A DNA stretch of 64,000 bases from Paraspadella gotoi (lineage: Eukaryota; Animalia; Chaetognatha). The translations under genes and the position numbers were made by a program. The stretch covers positions 18,979,590-19,043,589 of the forward strand of contig CM119264.1 of the NCBI GenBank assembly GCA_051294375.1, written 5' to 3'. Positions 1 to 14,207 of this stretch are shown here, one piece after another. The notes under the pieces are model-generated. The model searched no databases. It saw nothing but the letters and a program-made list of their open reading frames with translations, and was not told the origin of the DNA. Every line of letters begins with the position of its first letter. Position 1 is the first letter of the stretch.

Positions 1-467
1 TGTAACCAATAGACAATCGTTTTTTTCTCATGATGTGTTTTTTGATCCGAAATGCTTTTTCCGAAATTTTTATAATTTTTATTGTTAAATTTTTCATTAG
101 AAAATTCTGACAAACATCCTTGTAAACTTCGATGTGATGCTGATAACGACCTTGAACTTTTAGATTAACTGTGAGACTAATAAGAAGCGTCTCTCAACTA
201 TACTTTCTCCTTCCTCCTTCTCTTTCCACTACGATCATTCTTTCCTTTCTACTCTTCCCTTTATTTTTTATTTCTTTCACTTCTTTTCCCTATCTTATTC
301 CTTTCTTTTTTACCTTCCTCCTTTCTTTTCCTTTACTGTACCTTCTTTCCCTTTTTCTTTCCTGGGAATTTGTCTCTTTGAAAAAAAAAAACTTTCTCCG
401 TTGAATGACCGACGCTGAGTGGCTCGCCCGTTTCTGTCGTTTCCATGGCGACGAGGAATTCATTTGT

Positions 468-585
<118 letters not shown>

Positions 586-806
586 GACCTTAATTAATGA
601 CGACGATTCGTTTTCAGCGCGGAGGAATCGAGGGAGTCGCGAGGTCCTTCGATCTGCTTAGCTAGTTCGTCAAAGGCGGTGGAAAGGTAGTGGTGACTTT
701 CTCCCTGTTAGTCGATGATTCTCGCTAGAATGATTTCGCCTGATTCGATTATAGTCGGAGAATGATATTGGGTATTTAATATTGAAAAAGTTGAAGGAAG
801 GACTTA

Positions 807-997
807 CACTGCGGCGCAAAAAAAAGTAGCCACTTATTTCAAACCGAAAAATACTATATTGGATGGCTGAATTTCACAAAGATATAGAAACATAAAATAA
901 AGCTTATTGAGAGATGAGGCGACTGAGCCAGGTCCTATTAAAATGAAGCAAAGCCTTCAAAAGTTTTAGAACATCAAAGTTGACTGGTATAAAAATC
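807..997 (+). mobile_element. Tc1-like DNA transposon/MITE terminal fragment, copy 1
   Basis: TA|CACTGCGGCGCAAAAAAAAGTAGCCACTT... About 190 bp homologous to 35798-35975. A TA dinucleotide followed by CA(C/G)TG is typical of Tc1-like ends. Confidence 0.6.
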
Positions 998-1099
998 AAG
1001 AATTCCGCGATGGAGGGGCAAGAAAGTGATACTCGTCAGAGTCTTAATCAATAATGAAAAATCCAGGGACGAATATCGATTTGTTTAGAAGCTTCGTCT

Positions 1100-1108
1100 T
1101 TGATTCCC

Positions 1109-1148
<40 letters not shown>

Positions 1149-1221
1149 CGTGGGAGCCGAGCTTGGAGTATATTGGCATCGGTCCGTCCTCTCAGACTCC
1201 GCGCCAGACGAGTGACATCTG
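1100..1221 (+). other. Possible first non-coding exon (5' boundary unknown)
   Basis: CpG-rich segment with (GTC)n ending in a consensus donor ctg|GTGAGT at 1222. No in-frame ATG. Confidence 0.25.
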
Positions 1222-2922
1222 GTGAGTGATCTTTTTCGAGTCGGAGAGGGAGTACCTGGTCCCGGCGCCGTCTCCGTGCCAAAGCTAGTTCGCAAGATAG
1301 AGAGAGAGAGATTGTGCGAAAAGAGTCGCGCCTCGCTCCTCTTTAATTCACACACGAGATCGAGATGGCGTTCGGTTATTCTGGGCGAGAGATGATTCTC
1401 AGTTCTCGAGTCGGCATAAATCTGCGACGAAGAAAAGGGAGTTTTGAGAAGTGGGATTTCTCGGAATTCTTGAGGGAAGCGAAGGGGAAAGGGAATGCGA
1501 AAACGCCGATGGGAATTACATATGCAAAGAATCGTCCTCCAGTTGCCGAACGCAATTTCCGAGCAAGTTAAGTTGGGGATTGTGCCTTGATTTAATGTCG
1601 CGGAAAAACGATTTTTTTTTGTTTCAGACAAGAACAAACATCGTATTATTGATACGCTTCGAGCGGAAGAGCGTCCAGTTCTAGCTTATCTTGTCAGTTC
1701 CACATTTGTGAGTCATAATGAGCTCCACCTCTTTCCTGCCTTTAATGATCTTTCTGTACGATCGCTCTCTCGTTCTCTCTCGACCGTCTCTCTCGCAGAT
1801 CTCTCTTGTCATCTTTGCGTCCGGTCTCTCTCTTATACTCCCGAGGTTCTCCGCTCATCGCTGAGTCACTCTCCGTTCACGCTATCGCTCATCTCCCTCC
1901 CTCTCTCCTCGAGGTCTCTTGGGCCCCTGTAGGTTCTATGTCTCTCTCTCTCTCCTCACATTCTCTCACAGTCTTTTCTCTTTTTCTCTGTTGAAAAATG
2001 GTTTTCCGGCGTGACGAAAGCGAAGAGAAACGAACGACTATTTACGATTTCCTCTTCTGGATTTTTTTTTTACTCCCTTTTAACCTTCGCCCAGTTTCAA
2101 CTCTTTTTTTTTTATTTAACTTTGTTTTTAATATTGCCTTTTCTGTTGGCTGTGTGGCAGCTTTGCCCACAAAATGGCCATCGCCGCAAAGGCTTTCTCC
2201 ACAAAATTGCGGATTCGCGATCAAAAAACATTTGGAGCGGAAAATGGGTGCCTCTCGTGAAAAGGATTCCCTCGAAAATTGATACTTTTCCGGGTAAAAG
2301 GGAACTTGAGCAGAATTTTTACCCTTAAAAATGGCGGCGGGGAAACTATAAAAACTTTAGGGAAACAATCAAAAAATCTAAAATGCTTGCTATAAAAAAA
2401 AAAATAAATAAATACAAAATAAGGGAAAGTTGATAAATCAATGGAATAATAATATGAATAAAAAATTACCTTTCTTAAAAAAACTTAGAAAATAGAAAAA
2501 AAAATCAAAGAAAAGAGAAAAAAGAGAAAGAAATAAAATGAAAACAAAAGGGCAAACGAGAATTTTCGTCAAAAACCGACTCCTTCGGTTTTAATGTCAG
2601 ACGCAGCCTTCGACACCTGGTTCCAATTGCGGGAATTAAAGGAGAAATTGCCTTTTGTGGGAAAAACGTGGGGGAACGGAAGGAGGAGAAAAAAATAAGA
2701 GAGACGCAGGAATTTTAAACGCGATTGCTGAGAATTTGAGGTCATTTACAGAATTCACGCAAATCACTGACGCCAACGTTGCTCTGAAGGACGAGGACGA
2801 CGACGACGACGACGATAGTAAAAAGAAAGATGGAAGGTGAACATTCGAAGAATCGAATCTGGACGCCGAAGATGGCGACTTCCGCGAGGACATTGTCCTT
2901 GGTCAGAGGAGAGAGAGAGAAG

Positions 2923-2983
<61 letters not shown>

Positions 2984-4089
2984 CCGCTTCTACCAAATAT
3001 ATTCATGAACGAACGGTCTCAAATGCAGTTATTGTTTTACCCAATGGATTTTTTGACTTCTCATTCACTTATCGCCTATTCACCAACAATCCGTTGTCTC
3101 ATTGTTTTAAATATCGTTTAGCCTTTCTGTTGCCCAGCAACTGACAAAGTTATTATTATTTTCTCGCTTTCCCTTGAAAAAAGAAAAATTTTCTTTTCGT
3201 TCTCTGTCGATAAGGTTTTTCCCTGTTAGTCTCCTTCTCCTTAATTTTGCCCTAATGCCACTTTTGGGAACCTTCCTGGTTTTAGTGGCGTCGGACCTTT
3301 TTTTTTTTTCGCGCTGCGTCGTTATCGTCGTCGCTCACTTCGTCGTTGTCATCAACGCCTTTGGAAGTATAACCTTTTCCATTCTCTCATTGTCAACGTC
3401 AGCGCCACCGTCAAAATATTCGTCATTGTCTTCTTTGACATCTGTAACGTTGGCTTCTTTATTTCCTCCCTAATCTTCTTTGTCGTCGTCGTCGTGTTCG
3501 TCGGGACTTGCGTCGTCGTCTTTTTCGTCGTCAACCGTGTTTTTTAATCAAGTCCCGCTCTTCCTTCCGCGGCCTTCGTCTTCGGCAGCATCGCCTTTCG
3601 TTCACCTGGTGGCCTCACGACGAAACCCCATCTAAGAACAACAAAAGACCATCGATCGACGTGAAAAACAAAATGGCGCCGAGACGCCGTCGACAATTTG
3701 AAAATGAAAACTCGACGAGCGCGGAATAAACCATTTTCGTTCGACCCTCTAACAAAGGTCACTTTCACTTTATCACAAAAGTTTATAATTAAATATTAAA
3801 CTAACATCATTTTAAACATTCGGAGCGCCATAAAAAAAAAGAGAAACCGTCACTCGTCCGCTAAAATTGACGTCTCTCGGGCCCCTCGTTTTATGTCGGC
3901 TCATTTTTTTCGGGGACGTCGGTCCTTCGATTTTATCTAAATCTCAATTTCGTCCTCGAATTCGAAGGCCCGATTTCCTTTTTCCTTTTTTTTTATTTTT
4001 ATTTTTATTTGCGCTTTGGTGAAGAGGAGAGGATTAACTCTGAAGCCATAAAAAAAGTTTGCGACTAAAACTGGAATTGACTTCGAAAG

Positions 4090-4207
<118 letters not shown>

Positions 4208-4209
4208 AG

Positions 4210-4332
4210 CCGACAGATTTAAAAAGTTAAAACTACATAAAAAAGTCGCGGTTTTTGGGAGAGACGGAAATCCAGGGACTATGGGGTGCGGTGGCTGCAA
4301 AAGAGGGACGTGTGATTCCAAATGGGATAAGG
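4210..4332 (+). other. Probable upstream (5' leader) exon of the IgSF gene carrying a uORF start
   Basis: A long (CT)n tract plus tttcAG acceptor, a non-repetitive island, and donor g|GTAAAA at 4333 (same hexamer as the 7970 donor). ATG 4281 is in a strong context (actATGG). Confidence 0.4.
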
Positions 4333-5472
4333 GTAAAAGTAAACATGATTTAATTGTGGCGTAAATGAATATTATTTCTTGCACTGTAAGGGAATAAGTA
4401 GTAAGAGTCTGAAAAACGATGAAGGAAAAATACGAAGGCAGAAGAAGATGAAAAGAGGTAGAGAAAGAGAGAAAGAGAGAAAGAGGAAAAGAGAGAAAGA
4501 GAAAGATGAAAGAGAGGTAGAGAGGGAAGGTAGAGAAAGGAAAGAGATTTGCGCAGGAATCAGTCTGTGTCACTAGGGGGGGGAATTGGGGGGGGGTTCA
4601 GGAGGTTAGGGTTCGGGGTTGGAATGTAGCAAGGCCTTGAACAGCCGAAGGAAAGAGGATTAGTAAGAAAAAAGAAAAAAAAGGAGTAAACCAAGGATTA
4701 GGGAAGAAAAGAAAAATTACGAAAGAAATGAATAAAAAAAATTATTACTTTTACAGCATGAAGAAATTGAAATTCAGTGGTAATTATAGTGCCACTTTGT
4801 TAAAAATTAAAGATACGTTGTAAGACATAAGTTTAACGAACATAGTTTTATTTTTCTCCGATTTTTATTCGCGAGCAAGGAAACATCACTCGGACAATAT
4901 TTATCCGTTTCTGGTCTCTTGATCTCTGGTTATTTTTTCCAAACGGACGAGCATAAATCAAGAAATTTGTCCAGGAGAGAAACGCACGTTCAGGATCGAA
5001 ATAAAAATAAGAAAGACAAGCTGCTGTTTGTTTTCTTCTGTTTTGGTCGTTACTTTTTTTCCTTCTTTTAAAAAGAAGCTTCCTTCAGTTTCTCTCTTTT
5101 TCCTTCTTTCCTCTCCTTTCCTTTCCTCCTCCCCTCAGATTCTTCGGTCCTCTCTTCCTCCTCATCCTCCTCAGTTGTAGCTGTTGACGCCTTCTTTTGA
5201 GTCTCCTTTCAAAGGCGAACGTCGTAATATTCATTATCGAGAGGACATCGCCACCGGGATCACTGTCGCAGTCCCCATCTGTTAAAGCATTAGATATATT
5301 CATTGACATTGACATTGCGAGTCTAAAAATAAAATAAAATTTAAATGAAAACTGTATCGCGACTCCTAAAAATGAACACTGAGAAACAAATAAAATTTAA
5401 GCTACAACATATTTATTATATACACAGGCTATCTCTGTCTCTCTCTGTTTCCCTTACTCTCTTTCCCTCCTA

Positions 5473-5561
<89 letters not shown>

Positions 5562-6260
5562 GAATGCATAAATTTTCTCCGAAATCTGCGCAGAATCGAT
5601 TCGAGCGAAAATGAATCTGCTCTGATTTTCCGAATCTCCCATTCGACGAGAAGGCCTCCACAAAATGCATTAATACCCCGCGTCAACTCCAGCGAGTGAC
5701 GCATGGCGCAACTTCCTTCACCAAATGCATATGCAAAGGCGTTGATCCTAAAATTGCATCATGCCTTCGCCACCACGCTTTCGACTCAACGCCCTCCGTC
5801 GAAGCTGCACGTCACGCCATGCTGCGCATCCACGTCCTGTGACGAAACCCGTCCTTGCGGGGGACGATCCGCTCTAGTGAAAATCCTCCCCCTTACACCC
5901 TAACGATTTCGGACCAAAAAAAAATTCGCTTCCAATAACGAGAGGCGTCCGCCCTTTCATCGCCCTCTCTCGGAAACTCCTCTCATTCTTCTCACTCTGC
6001 TTCTCATCATCTTCATTCCTTCTTTTTTTTTCTCCTTTATTTCCTTTCTCCCTTATTTTCTTACTTTTATTCCGCTATCGCCCTTGCCCCCCCCCAAAAT
6101 TTTCCTTCTCTTTCTCGACTTTTCTTTCACTTTTCTATTCTCACCCTTACGATTTACCCCAATCTTCTCCCTCGGTTTTAATTATCTCACACAGACACTC
6201 AGTGAGATCCACTTAATCCTCTAGCCTATTTCTGTTTTTTTTTCTATCATCAACCTCGGT

Positions 6261-6328
<68 letters not shown>

Positions 6329-6806
6329 CACCATTTCGTCTTTAACACTCTCCCGTTCCCTTGCAGTCGCTCCCCTTTTTTCCTTTTCGTCTTTTCTTCT
6401 CTTCCTCCCGTCCTGAGCTCCGCATCCTTTTCCATTGAGAATCCTTGTAAATCAGATTGAGTCCTTAACACGAGATTAACTAGCGACCTTCAAATGACCT
6501 TCATCCGAGGAATTGAGATCAAAGTCGGCACGATGTCACCCTAAATTCGCTTTTTGGGTTTTTCGTTCATTAATTCCGTTCCTAAATAAATAGTAATTAT
6601 TTTAGTGAAAATTAATTATAGATCTTAATTCCATTAAACTTCCTTTATAATTTAGTTTGTTCCGACTCACACAAAAAAAAGATTCGGGTACCGAAAAAAA
6701 ATATGTTATAGTGAATGACGTTTTTAATCCCCGGGATGACAGTAATTCCAGGAGTAGAAAACTACTAGACGATAAAAGAAAAAAAAATAAAGAGAGAAAA
6801 ATATAA

Positions 6807-6861
<55 letters not shown>

Positions 6862-7187
6862 GGTGGGGGCAACCGAGGTGAAATGTCTCAAGAGATTTCC
6901 TGACTTCTCGTCTCTTTCCCTATGGATTCCAAAACTCAGATGCGTCTATAAATATTTTTGTCGAAGAATGGTTATGGGTGTAATTGTTGTACGATAGTCC
7001 AATGCCGGAATGAGGAAAGAGAGGGAGAGAAATGGGGCTTAGGGTTTTTTAAGTTTTTTAAGACCTGTCTTACCCTGAAAAGCATGATTAACTAATTAAT
7101 CCACGCATTGTGTCGTTTCATTGAATGTTAAACTAAAAGTGTAAATAAATATAGAGAAGAGATAAGAAGGAAGAGAGGAGAGAAGAA

Positions 7188-7241
<54 letters not shown>

Positions 7242-7406
7242 TGAGAGAAAGTTAACTCTCTCTCATTATATTCCATTTTATTTCTTCTCAGATGAATATC
7301 ATCCCGACCGATCGAAGCGACGTTTACGCTTCAAGCAATAGTCGACACGACCGCCGCCACGGCCGCCGAGCCGTCGTCTTGCGCCGCTGCCGACGAAACC
7401 CTTTCT

Positions 7407-7969
7407 ATGAAACCCTCTGCAAATTCCCTCGCTTTTGTCGAGACCGCCAGCAGGAATAAGGAGAGGTCTAGAAGCGCCACTGGCGGCGAACGAAACAATC
7501 GACTCATTGTTAAACGAGAGACGCTTTTCCTGGTCTCGCCCGGTGATGAAAACGAGTCCGACGGAGAAGAATTTTTCAACTCCTCCGACGTCGAATTGAA
7601 ACTTGATCAAAAAATCCGCGTCGGCATGAAAAACTGCGGCAGCCACCGCAGATGCCACCGCAGCAGCCATCGAGGCTTCAATCGCTCCAGGGATCGCAAC
7701 CTCAATCTCGATCGTACCTTCCCTGGCGTCAGCGACCCTCTTCGTTTCGCGAACCCGTCTCATCTTCTTCACCGTCGTCGTCATCTTCGTCGTCGCTTCT
7801 TCGGTTTCACAAATTTTCAAATTTCCGATTTGATCGTCTCCTCGCTCTTGCTACTGATTGGTCGGCCGGAATCTCTGCTCGGCCTATCGGGCGCCAACCT
7901 CGCAGTCGGCCTTCAAACGCAAACCTCCGCCGTTCCGGTCGGCGCGACGGCCGCCTTTCATTGCACGAG
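7407..7969 (+). CDS. IgSF receptor, first coding exon (exon 7292-7969): basic leader, signal-like hydrophobic segment, start of Ig1
   Basis: Acceptor ttcttctcAG ends at 7291. ORF from ATG 7407 (alternative ATG 7626) runs ...LIVSSLLLLIGRPESLLGLSGA...TSAVPVGATAAFHCT. Donor ag|GTAAAA at 7970 is phase 2 and joins the next exon to give FHCTSETPAVW (Ig B-strand Cys and C-strand Trp). Start codon uncertain. Confidence 0.75.
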
Positions 7970-10900
7970 GTAAAAATTGAATAAAATGTCGTTTTTTTTT
8001 TATGTGAAGCGGAGAATGGAGGGAGTGGGGAATTGAGGGGGGGAGGGGGGAGGGGGGTTGAGGGGGGGTGGAGAGGGAGGAAGTGGGAGAAGCCAGTTGA
8101 GATGAAAGTAATTGGGGTGGTACGGATGAAGGGAGGCGTATGCACTGTGCCGGGAGGCAACCAGTATAAGGACTGGAAACGTTGAATGCCAAAGTAGACT
8201 GAGAATCGAAGGACGTTTTGTCTCATTGCGTGTTCTCGTTATTTGACTCATAAAAGGAGTAAAATTTTGTTTTTTAATTTTTTTAAAATCCGGTAACCTA
8301 ATTTTCGTGACCCAGTTTCTTTTTTCCTTCCTCGCAATTTCTGTAATTGTTTTCCTTCGATTTCATGAACTTCTTTATTCTTAGGTCAACTTTTTATTCC
8401 TTATTGATATTTATGTCCCTTTTTTTTTCTCTTTTTTTTCCCGGCCTTAACCGGCAATACCCAGTGAAGGGAGCCGTTATTTAAATCTGGACACAAAGGG
8501 GCCGGAATCTGGCGACGTTTCCGAATGAACCTTTGATGCGAAACGCAATAATTTTAAAATCTCTCTCTCTCTCTCGGTCTCTCTCGTCTCATCCTCTCTC
8601 TCTCTCTCTCCTCTCGTCTCTCTCTCCGATCTCGTCGCTCCATCTCCCCTCTCTCCTCGCTCTCTATCTCTCTCTTTCTATTTCTCTCATTTGTCCTTCG
8701 CTTATTCTCTTATGCTTTCAATCATGCGATAACAGATTAATCATTCATGATTTCACTCCCGTCGGCGCAAAAACCTTTTTACTTCTCTCACTTTCGCTTT
8801 TTGCATAATTTATGCGACTCGATCTGCGGCGATGAGATAAGGTGCCTCACTTTGAAGGGGGGGTGGGAAGGTAAGGGTGATATGAAGACTAAACTGTGGG
8901 ACATTGTTTATTATAACTAAGATTACGATAGATTAAAAAGTATAATCAACTCAATGAGAAGTACAGCAGTTTGTGGAAGAGTAAACATATGATTGAAAAG
9001 AAAGTACTTACAAACGAAAAAGGTAATAAAAGCTAGTGATTTGGGGCTAAATGTTAATTTTTTAAATATATTATCTTTGGTTAATATCATTGAAGGAAAA
9101 ACTCATGGGTTTTGCGATGATATTTTAAAAATAGCGAAATTTTTGAATAGCAGAACCAGAAAAATTGGAAATATGTCTATAATTACAGTTCCCCAAAGTA
9201 TTCCTTGTAATGCCTGATAACTGACAATCAGTGACCACTGACCACTGATTGTGAACAAACTGAACTATTAAAACCAAAATTATTCTTAGATGAAACATTT
9301 GGATATACCTATAGTGAATAAACAAACACGAAAAATGTCATAGAATTGGGAGACAAGACACATTGAAAGTGATTATGATTTTTGCCTGAGAAAGATGATT
9401 TTGAGGTTGGGAGCGAGGGCATGGTGAACGAGATTGTAAAGCCTGGATAGCCAGGATATCAAAGACAGGGAAAAGAAAGAAGAGAGAACAATAGCGCGAG
9501 AGAAAGCGATCAGAAATAATGGAGTGATTTGAAAAGGAGATAAGTAATAAGTAATAAGTAATAACTAATAAGTAATAACCGGGAAGGAAAGTAAAACGGT
9601 GGAACGATAAGAATAAGAAGAAAAGAGAGAAGGATTCAAAAAGAGAGAAGAGGGCGGAGCTGTCATGAAAGCCAAGGAACAACGAACTGTCGAATGAACG
9701 CCGCGCGAAGAACTCTCTTCTCTTCACACCTCGAAAAACAAGAAGCCCTCTTTTCTTTTTTCCTTTTTCCTCAAAAGTTTGAAAGAAATAAGAAACACAA
9801 TTTTCATTCGTCTCTGATATTCGCCCCGATATCCCTCGTGGAGAGAGGTTTTTTTTAACTCTCTCTCTCTCTCTCTCTCTCTCTTTCTGTTCCTTTTTAT
9901 TTTTTCTCTTTCGATGAGATTTTAAGTACACCTTTCTCGTCTCTCATTTTAACAACTCCTCCCATCGACCTTGATATCTGTCCTTAACGTTATCTTGCCT
10001 GTACTATTTCTTACTGACTTTCGATGGCTCACCCCATGTCCTCCTCCCTTTCCTCCCTTTCCTTACTTTCCTTACTTTCCTTTTTTTCTCCCAAAAAAAC
10101 CCACGTGACGCGCGACGCGACGAAATCGCACTAATCCCCCCCCCATCTTTTTTTCTTTTCTAAATTGACTTTCTTTGTTCCTCGCGAAGTAGTGGAGAGT
10201 CCGACTATCTGTGTTGCTGCGGTTAAAAAGGAGAAAAAAAGAAAGGAGAGGAAGGAAGGAGAAAAAAAAGGTACGTTAAGAAAAGGCGAAAGCTGGCTCT
10301 TCCTTCAAAAACGAGAAAAATTCCCTTTTTTTTTCTTTCTTGTTCCTTCTCCAGGTAGAGAGAACCCAATTTCTCTCCGAAAAAAAAGAACCACGTGGTG
10401 CGTGAGACGCCTAGAGATGGCAGACGGGGGGTTGTGAGATGGCAGGGATGTTGAAATGGCATAGAGGCCATAGATGGCGGATGGGGATATAAATACGCTT
10501 AACGTTTGTGAGGTGGTCAACTGGTCATTCTAGTAATGGTAACCTGAAATGAGATGGCATCTTAGGAAAAGAAGGAAGCGAAAGAAAGAAGAAAGAAGAA
10601 GAAAGAAGAAGAAAGAAGAAAGAAAGAAGCGAATCCACTTTGATTCCACCCCATGAAAATATGGGGCGCGGAATAAGGTGACACATTACAGTTGGATGGC
10701 GGAAGTGGCAGCTGCGTCGAATCGGGAGGCTTGTTGATTAATTGGCCACAAAATAGTCCATCTGAGCGACGAATTAATTTCAGAACTATATAAAGGGTCA
10801 AACAGACGAAAAACGGAAGTACATTTGTAATTGTAATGTAACATTCATCGACAAAGAGTTGTTAAATTAAGGATTTAAATATATTTTTATTTAATCAAAT

Positions 10901-11209
10901 AATTTTGGCAAGATCCATTTAAATAGGATTTGAAGGTTCATTGTCATGAAATCCGTTGTATTTACTCCCAAGACGAACCAGTCTCATCCATAGAAATCTA
11001 AGTTGAACCAATCTGATGAACGGCGATTCGGGGCAAACTAATGCGATCCAATTCGATCCGAGGCGATTTCCCGGGCGTCGAAGATGGCGGTTAATTTAGG
11101 AGTTGGCATTCGAGGCGCGGAGGAATCGTTTCGACTTTGACCGAAAGAGGGAGAGCCGTATTCGGAGAGAAAAAATCATAGGATTAATTTGGAAAATGCT
11201 TTTTCCAAG

Positions 11210-11278
<69 letters not shown>

Positions 11279-12191
11279 AGAGAGGAGAGAGATTAAAAAA
11301 AAACAACAAATTCCGCCTCGAACCGGAAATGAGGAAATGAAGAGCTTTTTTTCTTTCTACTACAGAACTAAGGAAATCGGGCAACCCCCTTATCCCTCGT
11401 CCTTAACCCGTCGACCCCTCTTCTTTGCTCGCCCCAGCCTCCAGAGGCGGCGCGGCTTACAAACAATTCAGAATTGAAGCCAGTGACATGAAGGGTGACC
11501 TCGCTTCTTTTTCGTCCGCCTCTGCCGTCAAAGAGCGCAGCTCGAATATCAATTAGAGGTGGTGGCACCAATTCTATGCGCGAGCCTCCCTCCCTTCGCG
11601 CGGGTCAAGGATTCCGCGAGGCGGGGATGGTGAAGCGGGTGGGGGGGGGGCGAAATTTGGGGTGGTAATGGCAAAGGATTTTGATTGGATCACCGTTGCA
11701 TCTTTATTGGATTTTTAAATTAAATCTCGGATTTTCTTTGGATACTGATTGGATCATGATCGCTTTCGTCTCACTGTCAATTGATCTAGGTGAGTTTAGT
11801 CGTTTACATTTTGGTTGGGATTGTCATAGTATTGTCCAATTACCTTCTTTGGGTCGTCGTTTGAACGTCATTTATTGTGATTGAATCTTCCTTGAACAGT
11901 AAAACAATAGTCCTTGGATCTTTGTCGAACCTCTTCGGATCGCCATTGCTTTCTCGTTTGATCGTCGTGGGATTGTCGTTGAAACCTTTTCTCTCAAGAT
12001 TCTTCCGTCTTCGAATCGACTCAGAACTAAAGACCAAAATCGCGCGGGGAAAAAAATATTCATGGATACTACTACTCTAGTCTACTAAGAGTCTGAGCAC
12101 GAAATTATGCAAATGGAAAGAAAAACTTATCAAGGGAAAAAAGTGGTAAAATGGTGAGAGAGAGAGAGAAAAAGACAGAGAGAGAGGGAGA

Positions 12192-12271
<80 letters not shown>

Positions 12272-13076
12272 GCGGAGAGGCGAAAAATGGGCAATACCGG
12301 CAAAACCCAAAGACACAAACTCCTTAGCATAACGCGTTCGTTAGTCCCAGCTCTTGTTTCTTTCTTTCTCGCCTCACAGTGATTTTAGCCCTTGTAAAGG
12401 GTCAAAGTTTTTCGCCGAGGAAATTTTTGGGATTCATACTTTTGGCGTCGCTGACTTCCTGACGCTGGTTGCTTCTATTCCTAATCAAACGCTTGCCTTT
12501 ATCCCTTCCTATTCTCCCTCTCCTTTTCATTCTCCCATCTTCTTGACGCCTCTCCTCTTTGACGCCTTTTCTTCCTTTATTCTCATTTCTTTTCCTTTCT
12601 TCATCGACTCTTTTCTCCTTTATTCTCTCCTAATAAATTCTTAATCAACTCTCTTTTTCTCGCCTTTATCTCTCTTTAACCCTTTTTTGATTGGAGTAAA
12701 CTTAATTTCCTAATCCACATCGAGAAAATGTATTGCTCTGTATCTGTAAAATTTTTCTCGTAACAGCTTTCTCTTTCTGTTTCTTTCCTCCTTGTTTATT
12801 AACTTATTCTTTTTTTTCTTTTCTCCTCGTCTCCAACCATTCTCCTCTACTCCTCGGTCACAATCGTGGGAGGAGGAGGAGGAAGAGGAGGAGCAGGAGC
12901 GGCGGTGGGAGGGGGAGCGGAACCTTTTCGAGGTTTCTTCATCACGTAATAAAGAGGGAATGAGATTCTGTGTGACGAATTTGATTTTCCCCGAAATTTC
13001 GTCGCATTGAAAATTTGACGGAGAATTTCTTTTCTTTTCGTCGCCGCCAAATTTTTATTTGGGAGAAAATTAAAAG

Positions 13077-13174
<98 letters not shown>

Positions 13175-14044
13175 AAAAAAGAAAGAGAAAGAGAGAAAGA
13201 GACAGTGAGAGAGAATATTTAGAATAACATTTAGACCATATTCCAATGTAGTAAATGCCAGCTACTTGAGAATTTTTATTATAAAAAAACTATCTATATT
13301 ATAAACAAGAAAGTCTCAACCAATCACCTTAACAAGCGTTTGATTGTTTGTTGGTTTTTCCATTAGTTCGTTGTATCTTTGCCTTATTTCTCGCGCGTGC
13401 CGAGTTGGTTCTTTCTGTAATTATTTTCGCGAGTTCCAGCGCGACATAATTTATTGCGCCATCAACTTGTTCGCTGGCTTCGGCTCCTTTCAATCATTGA
13501 GTCATAGCTGTCACCTTCATTTAACCGTTTTATGCTTTTCAGCGATAGATGATTTGACTTTAACAGGTCAGCCATTAATCATTTTCTTTCTTGATGAAAA
13601 ACAATTTAAGAATACTTCCTTTAACAAATTGTTCATTCTTTAGGGCTATTATTTTTTTCATTTGTTAATTAAACTAATGCAATTTTGAATACCTGGGTTT
13701 TAATTAAAAGTCTGGAATGTATTGTCGATTAATTCTTTTCATCCACTGAACCGTACAACGGTGTTTATTTATATAAAAAAAATGGAAAAAGCTAATCTTT
13801 CTCCCTCAAACGTAAAAGTTATATAATAATTTTATAAGGGAAACAATTTTTTTATCTACTGCGTCGTGTACGACCTGATATTTAAACTTTTTTATATTAT
13901 AATACGAAGTTTAACCGGTCGATTATCCTTTCATCTCTCCTTTCATCCTTTCTTCCCCATCCCCGTCCCCATCCCAATCCCCATCCCCTCATCCCCATCC
14001 CCTCATCCCCATCCCCTCATCCCCATCTCTCTTGACTTTGACAG

Positions 14045-14207
14045 CGAAACCCCGGCGGTCTGGATCAAACTCGGAGAAACGATCGACGACAACCGATTCC
14101 TGTCGATGGGCGGTCGACCCTTCGACTCTTCCGTCGATCCCGACAAGTTCGTCTTTCAGCGGAAGGCCCTCCTTTACTCCATGATCATCAGAAATACTCA
14201 ACTTCAG
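14045..14207 (+). CDS. IgSF receptor exon, Ig1 core
   Basis: tttgacAG|c gaa...ctt cag|GTCGGT, 163 nt, phase 2 to 0. Encodes ETPAVWIKLGETIDDNRFLSMGGRPFDSSVDPDKFVFQRKALLYSMIIRNTQLQ, which joins DAGTYKC to give the V/I-set motif L-x-I-x-x-x-x-x-x-D-x-G-x-Y-x-C. Confidence 0.9.

Noticed and set aside
4210-4309. VFGRDGNPGTMGC as the start of Ig1 spliced directly to 14045
   Set aside because: It needs a poor GTGTGA donor. The 7969 exon supplies a signal sequence and a better Ig A'/B strand in the correct phase.
4600-4622. GGTTAGGG telomere-like words
   Set aside because: Isolated units, not an array.
7299-7820. 173-aa minus-strand ORF
   Set aside because: Antisense shadow of the GC-rich coding exon on the + strand.
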